From an uncultured Woeseiaceae bacterium (GTDB lineage Bacteria > Acidobacteriota > Vicinamibacteria > Vicinamibacterales > UBA823): a DNA stretch of 64,000 nucleotides. A program made the translations under genes and the position numbers. The notes under the pieces are model-generated. The model was not told the origin of the DNA. It ran no database searches and saw nothing but the letters and a program-made list of their open reading frames with translations. Each line of letters begins with the position of its first letter. Position 1 is the stretch's first letter. Below, one piece after another: positions 40,195-49,200 of the stretch. The DNA lies in NCBI GenBank assembly GCA_964569695.1, contig CAZMUA010000013.1, positions 20,876-84,875 of the forward strand, given 5' to 3'.

Positions 40195-42114
40195 ATGGAA
40201 CAGGTAACCGTCACTCTTCCGGACGGCTCACATCGTGACGTGCCCACCGGAGCCGTCGTGCGCGATATCGCGAACACCATTTCGCCGAGCCTAGCGAAGT
40301 CGGCACTGGCGGCAGTCGTGAACGACGAGCTAGTCGATCTTTCTTATCCAGTTGACACTAATGTTTCACTACGGTTAGTCACGAAAGACAGCGAAGAAGC
40401 ACTGGAACTTTGCCGACATAGCACGGCTCATCTTCTAGCGGCGGCAGTCACCGCCCTGTTCCCAGGTACCCAATGTGGGATCGGTCCAGCCACTGACGAC
40501 GGTTTTTTCTATGACTTTGTTGTCGATCGCCCTTTCGTAACTGAAGACTTGCAAGCTATTGAAGAAAAAATGCGCGATCTGGCAAGTCAAGACTTGCAAT
40601 ATGAGCGGAAATTGTTTTCCAAGGAAGATGCCAAGTCTTTTTTTACCGAACGTGGTGAGCCTCTCAAAGTTCAACTCATCGAAGAAAAAGGTGGGCCGGT
40701 CGTTTCCTGCTACACGATTAAAGATGTATTTATCGATTTTTGTACAGGGCCTCACGTGCCATCAACCCGAAATCTAAAAACATTCAAACTACTCTCTACT
40801 TCTAATGCGTACTGGAAGGGAGACGCTTCTAATCAGCCGATGCAACGAGTCTACGGCACGGCGTTTTTGAAGGCTGCTGAGTTAAAGTTGCATCTTGAAC
40901 GTCTAGAAGAAGCCAAGAAACGCGATCATCGTAGACTCGGGAAAGAACTCGGACTATTCACCTTTCATCACTGGGCGCCAGGCGTGCCATTTTGGCTAGC
41001 TAAAGGGACGGTCCTCTACAATATTCTGTCTACTTATATGCGAGAGATGTTGTCGCCAGAAGGATACCTAGAGGTCAAGACGCCGATCGTTTTCAACAAG
41101 GCGTTGTGGGAGACTTCCGGACATTGGGAACATTACCGAGAAAACATGTTTCTAGTTAACTCGACCGATGGCGATCCAATGGGTGTCAAAGCGATGAATT
41201 GCCCTGGTCACATGCTGATCTTCAAAAATGAACTTCGAAGCTACCGTGACCTTCCTTTCCGGTTGCACGAACAGACACCGTTGCATCGTAACGAAACATC
41301 GGGCGTCTTAACGGGGCTCACTCGTGTGCGACAGTTCGCTCAAGATGACGCCCATTGTTTTGTTACGGAAGATCAAATCGGTGAAGAAGTCGAACGTTTA
41401 CTTCGATTGACCCAACGTGTGTTCAACGACTTCAATCTCAAACCAGTAATGCGTCTTTCCACACGTCCAGACCAGTACCTGGGTCAACGCGAACAATGGG
41501 ATCATGCAGAAGCCCAGTTAAAGGGTGCCCTCGAAGCCGTCGACGCCCAGTACACAATCAACGAAGGTGATGGCGCCTTTTATGGACCAAAAATCGACTT
41601 CGACGTCACTGACGCTATCGGACGCAAGTGGCAATGTACTACCATTCAATTGGACTACCAACTCCCGGCAAGATTTGGACTAAAGTACATTGGTTCCGAC
41701 AACGCCGAACACGTGCCAGTTGTCATTCACAGGGCCATTTTTGGAAGCTTTGAGCGGTTCATCGCGCTTTTGATTGAACACCACGCGGGAGCATTTCCTC
41801 TATGGCTCGCACCCATCCAAACAATTGTGCTTCCGATTGCAGATCGACACGTCAGTTACGCGAACTCAATCCGGACCACATTGGAGGCTGCCGGACTTCG
41901 TGTTGAACTCGACAAACGTCAGGAAAAAATTGGATATAAAATTCGTGAGGCACAATTACAGAAGATTCCGTATATGCTGGTTACTGGTGACCGGGAATTG
42001 TCCGAAAAGACAGTCGCGGTTAGGAGTCGGGAGGGTGGCGACCAAGGAACTCGCACCGTAGACGAGATCTTAACCACCATGCTTGAGGAAATTCGTGTGC
42101 GAAACGTAGGCTAG
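40195..42114 (+). CDS. thrS: Threonyl-tRNA synthetase
   Basis: TGS domain, RHSTAH, DHRRLG, SGHW, MNCPGH, GAFYGPK, HRAIFGS. Confidence 0.98.
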   Translation: MEQVTVTLPDGSHRDVPTGAVVRDIANTISPSLAKSALAAVVNDELVDLSYPVDTNVSLRLVTKDSEEALELCRHSTAHLLAAAVTALFPGTQCGIGPATDDGFFYDFVVDRPFVTEDLQAIEEKMRDLASQDLQYERKLFSKEDAKSFFTERGEPLKVQLIEEKGGPVVSCYTIKDVFIDFCTGPHVPSTRNLKTFKLLSTSNAYWKGDASNQPMQRVYGTAFLKAAELKLHLERLEEAKKRDHRRLGKELGLFTFHHWAPGVPFWLAKGTVLYNILSTYMREMLSPEGYLEVKTPIVFNKALWETSGHWEHYRENMFLVNSTDGDPMGVKAMNCPGHMLIFKNELRSYRDLPFRLHEQTPLHRNETSGVLTGLTRVRQFAQDDAHCFVTEDQIGEEVERLLRLTQRVFNDFNLKPVMRLSTRPDQYLGQREQWDHAEAQLKGALEAVDAQYTINEGDGAFYGPKIDFDVTDAIGRKWQCTTIQLDYQLPARFGLKYIGSDNAEHVPVVIHRAIFGSFERFIALLIEHHAGAFPLWLAPIQTIVLPIADRHVSYANSIRTTLEAAGLRVELDKRQEKIGYKIREAQLQKIPYMLVTGDRELSEKTVAVRSREGGDQGTRTVDEILTTMLEEIRVRNVG

Positions 42115-42150
42115 GCCACCTGCGCTGAACACGACCTGAAGGAGGAACTT

Positions 42151-42702
42151 ATCGCAGTTTATCGAGGACCAAGACGTAACGAACCAAGAACACGTACTAA
42201 TGAACGCATTCGTGTAAAAGAAGTGCGTGTCATTGATGATACTGGTGAACAACTTGGTATTATGCCACCACAGCAAGCTGTGGTGCTTGCCAAGCAAAAG
42301 GGACTTGATCTAGTTGAAGTTTCACCAACTGCATCACCACCAGTTTGTCGTATCCTGGATTTTGGGCGCTATCAATATCAAGAACAGAAACGTGCCCGAG
42401 AGGCTAAGAAACACCAAAAAACATCCGACGTAAAGGAAATCAAGTTTCGTCCAAAAGTAGACGAACACGATTATCAGTTCAAGAAGAAACACATCGAGCG
42501 ATTTTTGGGTGACGGTGACAAGGTTAAAGCCACGATATTCTTTCGAGGTCGCGAAATGGCACACCCGGAAATTGGGCGACGTATTCTTGAGCGTCTCATT
42601 AATGAGCTCGGTGAACTCGCAAACCAAGAAACGGTGCCGCGCATGGAAGGCAACACGATGCACACAATTCTTTCGAGAAGGGTTGGAGGAAAGAAAAGTT
42701 GA
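42151..42702 (+). CDS. infC: Translation initiation factor IF-3 with non-canonical ATC start
   Basis: AAGGAGG SD 5 nt before the in-frame ATC 42151, giving RTNERIRVKEVRVI; DLVEVSP, KEIKFRP, FRGRE. Confidence 0.93.
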   Translation: MAVYRGPRRNEPRTRTNERIRVKEVRVIDDTGEQLGIMPPQQAVVLAKQKGLDLVEVSPTASPPVCRILDFGRYQYQEQKRAREAKKHQKTSDVKEIKFRPKVDEHDYQFKKKHIERFLGDGDKVKATIFFRGREMAHPEIGRRILERLINELGELANQETVPRMEGNTMHTILSRRVGGKKS

Positions 42703-42741
42703 TGCTTGGCCTAGCGCCTATCGCTCTGAGGAGATTACTAA

Positions 42742-42939
42742 ATGCCGAAACTTAAGACACACCGAGGCGCTGCGAAGCGGTTCAAAAGAACGGGAACCGG
42801 AAAATTCACTCGGAGCAAGGCGTTCAAGCAACATATTATGACCAGTAAAACCACAAAGCAGAAGCGTGGCATGCGCGGCACCACGACGGTTGACGCCAGT
42901 GATACAGCTAAACTGCAGCAAATGCTACCATATAAATAA
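42742..42939 (+). CDS. rpmI: 50S ribosomal protein L35
   Basis: [21 protein letters not shown]. Confidence 0.97.
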   Translation: MPKLKTHRGAAKRFKRTGTGKFTRSKAFKQHIMTSKTTKQKRGMRGTTTVDASDTAKLQQMLPYK

Positions 42940-42968
42940 AGAGGACGGCCTCTAGAGGAGAGTTGGCG

Positions 42969-43328
42969 ATGCCGAGGGTGAAGCGGGGAACAATTCGACG
43001 CGCGAAACGAAGAAAGTTACTTGCGCGCGCCAAAGGATTTTATCAAACCAAAAGTAAACTGTACCGTGCAGCTAAAGAATCTGTAGATACGGCGTTAAGC
43101 TATGCTTATGTCGGTCGTCGCCGAAAGAAGCGCGACTTCAGAAGGCTGTGGGTAATCCGTATCAACGCTGCGGCACGACTCCACGGTCTAAGCTATAGCC
43201 AGTTCATGCACGGCATGAAGACAGCTGGAATCGAGTTGGACCGAAAGAACCTTGCCGATCTCGCTGTCACGGAACCGTCCGCGTTCGCCCAGTTAGTGTC
43301 ACAGGTAAAGCAGGTAACCGCCGCCTAA
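42969..43328 (+). CDS. rplT: 50S ribosomal protein L20
   Basis: [35 protein letters not shown]. Confidence 0.97.
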   Translation: MPRVKRGTIRRAKRRKLLARAKGFYQTKSKLYRAAKESVDTALSYAYVGRRRKKRDFRRLWVIRINAAARLHGLSYSQFMHGMKTAGIELDRKNLADLAVTEPSAFAQLVSQVKQVTAA

Positions 43329-43350
43329 CTGCGAATTTTATCGACAAAAC

Positions 43351-44412
43351 ATGACTAACCCGCGCGCTGTAGACGAATTGCGCACGAGGTTCCATACCGA
43401 TCTCGAAAACGCCAATACCCCGCAAGCAATACAGGCGGTTCGTGATCAGTATCTGGGACGTAAGAATGGTGCAATTGCAGCATTAATGAAACAAGTTGTT
43501 TCAGCGTCACCAGATATTAGACCAACGCTCGGTCGACTTGCCAACGAACTCAAACGCGATATCGAAGCTGCAATCACTCAACGCCAAAATTCGACAACGG
43601 TAACCACTGCTGCGCAGGACAGTGTAGATATCAGCTTACCCGGACGCGATCCTATTCTGGGACGACGTCATCCCATGACGATATTACGTGAACGGATTGA
43701 AGATATTTTCAATCGACTGGGATTCTCCATTATAGAGGGCCCTGAAATCGAGGATGAATACCATAATTTCGAAGCTCTTAACATGCCTGCTGACCACCCA
43801 GCTCGTGACATGCAGGACACTCTATATCTCAACGAACCGTTCAATGACACTCAGAGCCAAGCTCAAGATCAAGCGAAGGTGCTGCTCCGAACACATACCT
43901 CAGGCATGCAAATCCGATACATGGAGAATCATGAACCGCCAATCCGTATTATCGCACCGGGTCGTGTTTATCGGCGGGACAATCTCGATGTCACCCATAC
44001 GCCAATGTTTCATCAAGTGGAAGGATTACTGGTTGGTGAAGGCGTAACGATGGCTGACCTGAAGGGCACCCTTGAAATCTTTCTTCGGGAGTTATTTGAT
44101 GCTGACACTAAGGTGATGTTTCGGCCTAGCTTTTTCCCTTACACAGAACCGAGTGCTGAAGTATTCATAGGCTGCCTGTTTTGCGATGGTGATGGCTGTA
44201 ACGTGTGTAAAAAAACAGGCTGGCTAGAGATCCTGGGCAGTGGCATGGTACATGCTGCAGTTTTTGAAGCTGTCGGTTACGATCCAGAGCGTTATACAGG
44301 TTGGGCATTTGGACTCGGAATTGAGCGAGTAGCTATGCTCAAATACCGGGTTGACGACATTAGACTGTTCTACGAAAACGATCTTAGCTTCTTGGAGCAA
44401 TTCCCGCGGTGA
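43351..44412 (+). CDS. pheS: Phenylalanyl-tRNA synthetase alpha subunit
   Basis: HPARDMQDT, RTHTS, THTPMFHQVEG, FPYTEPS, AFGLGIER. Confidence 0.98.
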   Translation: MTNPRAVDELRTRFHTDLENANTPQAIQAVRDQYLGRKNGAIAALMKQVVSASPDIRPTLGRLANELKRDIEAAITQRQNSTTVTTAAQDSVDISLPGRDPILGRRHPMTILRERIEDIFNRLGFSIIEGPEIEDEYHNFEALNMPADHPARDMQDTLYLNEPFNDTQSQAQDQAKVLLRTHTSGMQIRYMENHEPPIRIIAPGRVYRRDNLDVTHTPMFHQVEGLLVGEGVTMADLKGTLEIFLRELFDADTKVMFRPSFFPYTEPSAEVFIGCLFCDGDGCNVCKKTGWLEILGSGMVHAAVFEAVGYDPERYTGWAFGLGIERVAMLKYRVDDIRLFYENDLSFLEQFPR

Positions 44413-46475
44413 AGATTCTTCTTTCCTGGTTACGCGATTTTGTCGACATTCCTGTCGATGGCCATACCTTGGCACGCGATTTAACAATGCGAGGGTTCGA
44501 AGTTGCTTCCATAGACCGGGTACCTACAAGCAGTGACGATGATGAATTGCTGCTTGATCTCGAAATCACCGCAAATCGACCAGATTGTCTCAGCGTCGTC
44601 GGTATTGCCCGCGAGGTTGCAACAATGTACCAGTGTCCTCTGAACTTGCCCAGTCAGAAGGACGCCCCGTCTGCAACTGAAAAAGATGAGCCTCGCGTAT
44701 CAGTGACGGTGAACGATCCGGATCTCTGTCCAAGATATGCGGTGCGCATGGCAAAAATTAAAGTTCAGGATTCCCCATCCTGGCTTACCTATAGGCTAGA
44801 AGCATGCGGCATAAGACCGATTAACAACATTGTCGATGTAACCAATTATGTTTTACTCGAACTAGGACAACCTATGCACGCCTTTGACTTCGACTGCCTA
44901 CAAGGTGGTGCACTACGGGTCCGACGAGCGCAAGCGACCGAGCAGATAATGACGCTTGATGGACAGCAACGAAAACTAACTGAACAAATGCTGATCATCG
45001 CGGACGAGAAGAAACCACAAGGCATCGCTGGCATCATGGGAGGCGTAACATCTGAGGTCAGTGAGTCGACACAATTTGTGGCATTAGAGAGTGCTCATTT
45101 TCATCCGGTATCCGTGCGACGCACCAGTAAGAAACTCGCACTTAATACGGATGCCGCTTACAGATTCGAAAGGGGCGCTGACATCTCTGCCCCAATCGTT
45201 GCACTTGAGCGTGCTTGTAATCTGCTTGAACAAATTAATGCTGGTCATCGTATTGGACCACCCATCGACCATTACCCCAATCCACAAAATCCAACACAGG
45301 TACGGTTACGTCATAAACGTGTCGAGCATGTCCTCGGCCAGTCGATTGACAAGAATTTTATTGACGATGCACTAAAACGACTGGGGTTTACACTGAATTC
45401 AGTTAATAGCCACACTTGGGACGTCACAGTTCCACACCGCCGCGTCGATGTTACTCGTGAAGTCGATCTCATAGAGGAAGTAGCCCGACATCACGGATAC
45501 GACCAATTGCCCTCGACATTCCCTCCTCTCACCACTGCATCGCTCAAACAAGAACCACACATTGAAGACGATCGCCGAGTCCGACGCCTGGCGACAGCTG
45601 CTGGATTTTCTGAAGCCGTCACTTTTGCATTCATCAGGTCTGACATAGCTAAGCACTTTGTTGAAGACTCTTTCTCAACAGCTGTAATCAGCAACCCTCT
45701 TTCGGCTCAATTCGAAGTTCTGCGACCCTCACTGATTCCTGGTCTGATTGGTTCTCTGTCTTACAATCTTAGGCGTAACCGTCAAGATGTCCGATTATTC
45801 GAAGTCGCAACTTGTTTTAAACCTCCTGGAGAAACACGAACGATCGCATTCGCCTGGACGGGCACCACGCACGTGCACTGGAGTGAACCGGCTCGCACAA
45901 CAGACTTCTTCGACATAAAAGGTGTGGTGGAACATTTGTGTGCAGACCTGACTAAAGCTGAAGTTTCTTTCACTACAACGACTGCGCCGTTTCTTAAGAG
46001 AGGCCAGGCAGCGTGCTTGTGCATTCCAGACGGTAAAAACTCAACCAAAGCAATAGGTGTGGTTGGACAACTAGCACCTGCCGTAGTGGTTGACTTCGAC
46101 CTTAGCGAAACAGATGTCATTTATGTTGCAGAGATTAATCTAGACGCCCTATCGGAGCTTGCACCCGATGAAGTCTGCGTCACTGCATTGCCGCGCCACC
46201 CATCAATCATTAGAGACCTGTCAATCGTAATTCCAGAAACCTTGCCTGCCTCAACAGTGCGTGGCACGATCATGGAATCTGCGCCAGACACCTTAGTATC
46301 CGTAAGAGAATTTGATCGATACGAGGGTCCCGGTGTGGGAGCTGGCACTGTCAGCTTGTCCCTGCGCTTAAGCTTCCGGGCTGCCGACCGCACACTAACC
46401 GACGCTGAGGTTCAGCAATCAATCGATCAAGTCGTCACATCGCTGATCGATAAACATGGAGCGCAATTGCGATAG
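44409..46475 (+). CDS. pheT: Phenylalanyl-tRNA synthetase beta subunit (short form lacking the B2 OB-fold)
   Basis: ITANRPD at about residue 55, NNIVDVTNY, RFERG, DLIEEVAR, RTLTD. Confidence 0.96.
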   Translation: MKILLSWLRDFVDIPVDGHTLARDLTMRGFEVASIDRVPTSSDDDELLLDLEITANRPDCLSVVGIAREVATMYQCPLNLPSQKDAPSATEKDEPRVSVTVNDPDLCPRYAVRMAKIKVQDSPSWLTYRLEACGIRPINNIVDVTNYVLLELGQPMHAFDFDCLQGGALRVRRAQATEQIMTLDGQQRKLTEQMLIIADEKKPQGIAGIMGGVTSEVSESTQFVALESAHFHPVSVRRTSKKLALNTDAAYRFERGADISAPIVALERACNLLEQINAGHRIGPPIDHYPNPQNPTQVRLRHKRVEHVLGQSIDKNFIDDALKRLGFTLNSVNSHTWDVTVPHRRVDVTREVDLIEEVARHHGYDQLPSTFPPLTTASLKQEPHIEDDRRVRRLATAAGFSEAVTFAFIRSDIAKHFVEDSFSTAVISNPLSAQFEVLRPSLIPGLIGSLSYNLRRNRQDVRLFEVATCFKPPGETRTIAFAWTGTTHVHWSEPARTTDFFDIKGVVEHLCADLTKAEVSFTTTTAPFLKRGQAACLCIPDGKNSTKAIGVVGQLAPAVVVDFDLSETDVIYVAEINLDALSELAPDEVCVTALPRHPSIIRDLSIVIPETLPASTVRGTIMESAPDTLVSVREFDRYEGPGVGAGTVSLSLRLSFRAADRTLTDAEVQQSIDQVVTSLIDKHGAQLR

Positions 46476-46499
46476 GCATGTTTTACGAGGAGCTCAACC

Positions 46500-46775
46500 A
46501 TGGCAAGAGGCTCAAGATTATCTAACTTTGAACCACTCGATCGACTAGAAGAAAAAGTGAAGTTGCTAGTAGCCCAGATAAATACAACTCGCACTGAACA
46601 AGAAAAGAGTGAAAAGGAAAACGGGCGTCTTCAAGCCGAATTAGAGAAACTGAAGGCACTCGAAGCTGAGTCGTCTAGTAACGGTAACGAAATCAAAACG
46701 TTACGTGCCGAGCGAGAAACAATTCGCACAAGAGTGACGGACATCCTTGCTCGACTTGAAACACTTGACCTTTAA
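46500..46775 (+). CDS. ZapB-like coiled-coil cell division protein
   Basis: Fully coiled-coil (LDRLEEKV...R.RV..IL.RL), located between pheT and zapA. Confidence 0.7.
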   Translation: MARGSRLSNFEPLDRLEEKVKLLVAQINTTRTEQEKSEKENGRLQAELEKLKALEAESSSNGNEIKTLRAERETIRTRVTDILARLETLDL

Positions 46776-46842
46776 CCATGAGCGACTAACAGCAACTTAG
46801 AAGTAAGTAACTTAACACTTCGTCTCCAGGAGGAGTAATCGC

Positions 46843-47157
46843 ATGGACAACAAATCTTTTAGTGTAATCAACGTGGAAATCCATGGACAGCGTTACCCCA
46901 TCCGAAGTCAGCTGACTTCCACATACGTCACAGAGCTGGCAAATTACGTCGATACAAAAATGACAGTAGCCGAAGAAGAAACAAAAACCGGTGATTCGCA
47001 CCGCGTGGCCGTCTTGGCTGCTCTTAACATCGCGGATGAGTACTTCAATTGCCGTCGGACCGACAAGAATACAAACTACGAACTGGAAAAGCGCGTGGCC
47101 GCCATTGAGTCGATTCTTGATCGAGCTCTTTCGCAGGCAACCTCACAACCCGCATAA
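46843..47157 (+). CDS. zapA: Cell division protein ZapA
   Basis: VEIHGQRYPI, LANYVDTKM, AVLAALNIADE. Confidence 0.93.
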   Translation: MDNKSFSVINVEIHGQRYPIRSQLTSTYVTELANYVDTKMTVAEEETKTGDSHRVAVLAALNIADEYFNCRRTDKNTNYELEKRVAAIESILDRALSQATSQPA

Positions 47158-47293
47158 TCGCTGTGATAAAACAGTTGGCTCTTGCCAGCCCCTACCATTC
47201 GTTCTAAGATCAACCGCTTTTAAATTTTGGATAGATTAAATTCTGGCACGGTTCGTTATCTATATAATTGTCGGTAATACGGTAATGTTATTT

Positions 47294-47474
47294 GGGTTCC
47301 CTGCTTTGTGCGTGATGGTCTGGAGGCTCATTGAACCAATGCTAAATAAAAGTGAGCTACAGCACTGCGTGGTGTGCAAGCCTCTGAGTGAGGAAGCCTA
47401 AAGCGCAGTTCACGAGTGGTTCCGCCTGTATACGCAGGTTCATCTGACCTCCCCACACGGCAAAGCGGGGCTCT
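47294..47474 (+). ncRNA. ssrS: 6S RNA
   Basis: About 180 nt just downstream of zapA (conserved synteny); termini pair (GGGTTCCCTGCTTTG / CAAAGCGGGGCTCT); TTGAACC..GGTTCA internal stem; A-rich central bubble; TATAAT upstream. Confidence 0.85.
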
Positions 47475-47532
47475 TTATAACCCTCTACGAGTTTGAAATT
47501 TGAACCCTTTCGTAACTGATTAAGGCCGTATC

Positions 47533-48591
47533 GTGCCATTACCACCTAAAAACCCTACTGCCATGCCTTTATCCGGCGCTGCAGCACTGACAACCCTCGG
47601 TGAACGTGAGCTTATCGAACGCATTAAACAACATCTGCCGCCGCCGCCAGACTGGGTCAAGCTCGGTGTGGGCGACGATGCGGCTGTTTTCGAACCAGAA
47701 CGAGGCATGCTCGATGTAGTCACAACTGACGTGATGATTGAGGGAATTCACTTCGAACGTACATTTATGACTATGGCGGATATTGGGTACAAGGCCTTAG
47801 CCATCAACCTAAGTGACCTGGCCGCCATGGGCGCAAGGCCACGCGCTATCGTCCTATCGCTGGCTCTACCAGCCCATGACATCCTCGTTTCGGAGGTGGA
47901 CGAACTGCTAGCTGGAATCATTAGTCTGGCAAAAGAGTACGAGGTTGCTTTAATTGGTGGGAATATCGCCTGTTCGCCAGGCCCCCTCTTCGTTGATATC
48001 ACGGCACTCGGTTCGGTCAAACGTCGGGCGGTACTCAGCCGAAGTGGAGCCAAGCCGGGAGACGGACTGTATGTGACAGGCACTGTAGGTTCAGCCAGTG
48101 CAGGTTTTCAATGGCTTACTAAATCTAACCAAGATAATGCACCAAATCAGAATGAGAGCATCACGCCGTGTGTGGCCCGCTTCAAACGCCCTGACCCTCG
48201 AGTCAAGGTCGGCATGTTAATGGGTAGAAATCGCATTCCCAATGCGGCAATCGATTTAAGTGATGGTCTTGGTGACGCAATCCACAACCTGACAGGAGAC
48301 GGCCTCTTCGGCGCAATCATAGATGCAACATCTATACCGATTCATCCAGGAGCAAGAACCTGGTTCGAACAGCAGGGGCTGGACCCTGTAAACGCTGCCA
48401 TCCAAGGGGGAGAAGACTACGAATTACTCTTGGCAATTTCCCCTACGCCACGTTCACGAGTGACGCTAGCACGTCGTTTTGCCGAAAAAGTTACGCTGAC
48501 ACACATTGGCACCGTAACAAATGAACCCGACCTGATCCTACGCCAGTCTGACGGCGACGCACCTCTTCCAACTGGGTTTAGACATTTTTGA
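47533..48591 (+). CDS. thiL: Thiamine-monophosphate kinase
   Basis: GERELI, GVGDDAA, EGIHF, NLSDLAAMG, DLSDGL, GGEDYEL; alternative start ATG 47563. Confidence 0.95.
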   Translation: MPLPPKNPTAMPLSGAAALTTLGERELIERIKQHLPPPPDWVKLGVGDDAAVFEPERGMLDVVTTDVMIEGIHFERTFMTMADIGYKALAINLSDLAAMGARPRAIVLSLALPAHDILVSEVDELLAGIISLAKEYEVALIGGNIACSPGPLFVDITALGSVKRRAVLSRSGAKPGDGLYVTGTVGSASAGFQWLTKSNQDNAPNQNESITPCVARFKRPDPRVKVGMLMGRNRIPNAAIDLSDGLGDAIHNLTGDGLFGAIIDATSIPIHPGARTWFEQQGLDPVNAAIQGGEDYELLLAISPTPRSRVTLARRFAEKVTLTHIGTVTNEPDLILRQSDGDAPLPTGFRHF

Positions 48592-48634
48592 TAGGCTAGA
48601 CGAAGAGATTGCTAACAGGTCAACGGAGATTTGC

Positions 48635-49183
48635 ATGAAACTAATGTCCGATGGACGTGGGCGTATCATCATCACCTTAATGCTGACAGCCTGCAGTGTG
48701 GCAGTGTACTTTACAGCTCGTGTTGATTCACATCTTGTCAACTCGCAGCAAATTTCCAGTTCTGTGCCCACCAGTCAATCTGAATCTCGGGCGACCTTAC
48801 GTTTCACTGCGACAGCCTATTGCAAAGGTACCACTACCAAATCTGGTGTGAAGGTGAGAGCGGGTATTGCAGCTGCCGATCCCCAATTGTTACCTGTTGG
48901 ATCCGTCATCGAGGTTAGTTCAGCAGGACCATACGATGGTATCTACACAGTTCTTGATACCGGGCCAGCAGTTCAGGGACGGCTGATCGATATTTACATG
49001 TGGAGCTGTTACGAAGCGCTTGATTTTGGACGGCGACACCTGGAACTCCGTATTCTTCGACTCGGCTGGAACCCTGCAGATAGCAAGCCAGGGCGAGTCA
49101 ATGAACTATTTATTCAATTTGAAGAGGCGTTTCGTTCGTCGCCGGTGCCCTTACAACCACAGTCGCCGTCTGAAAAGAAATAG
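48635..49183 (+). CDS. 3D-domain (MltA/Sps-like) cell wall protein
   Basis: N-terminal TM/signal; ATAY, IAAADP, LDTG, IDIY (three conserved Asp). Confidence 0.88.
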   Translation: MKLMSDGRGRIIITLMLTACSVAVYFTARVDSHLVNSQQISSSVPTSQSESRATLRFTATAYCKGTTTKSGVKVRAGIAAADPQLLPVGSVIEVSSAGPYDGIYTVLDTGPAVQGRLIDIYMWSCYEALDFGRRHLELRILRLGWNPADSKPGRVNELFIQFEEAFRSSPVPLQPQSPSEKK

Positions 49184-49200
49184 CCGGAAGGAACACATCC

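Noticed and set aside
39994-40195. Integrated element at tRNA-Val, or a T-box/attenuator leader for thrS
   Set aside because: No integrase or att duplicate; the 125-nt spacer has no T-box consensus (GGTGGNACCGCG) or terminator.
47244-47260. Sigma54 promoter (TGGCACG) upstream of 6S RNA
   Set aside because: There is no TTGC -12 element at the required spacing; a TATAAT -10 is present instead.
47290-47532. Possible TPP riboswitch upstream of thiL
   Set aside because: No CTGAGA/ACCTG..AGCGT TPP core; length, end pairing and zapA synteny fit 6S RNA.
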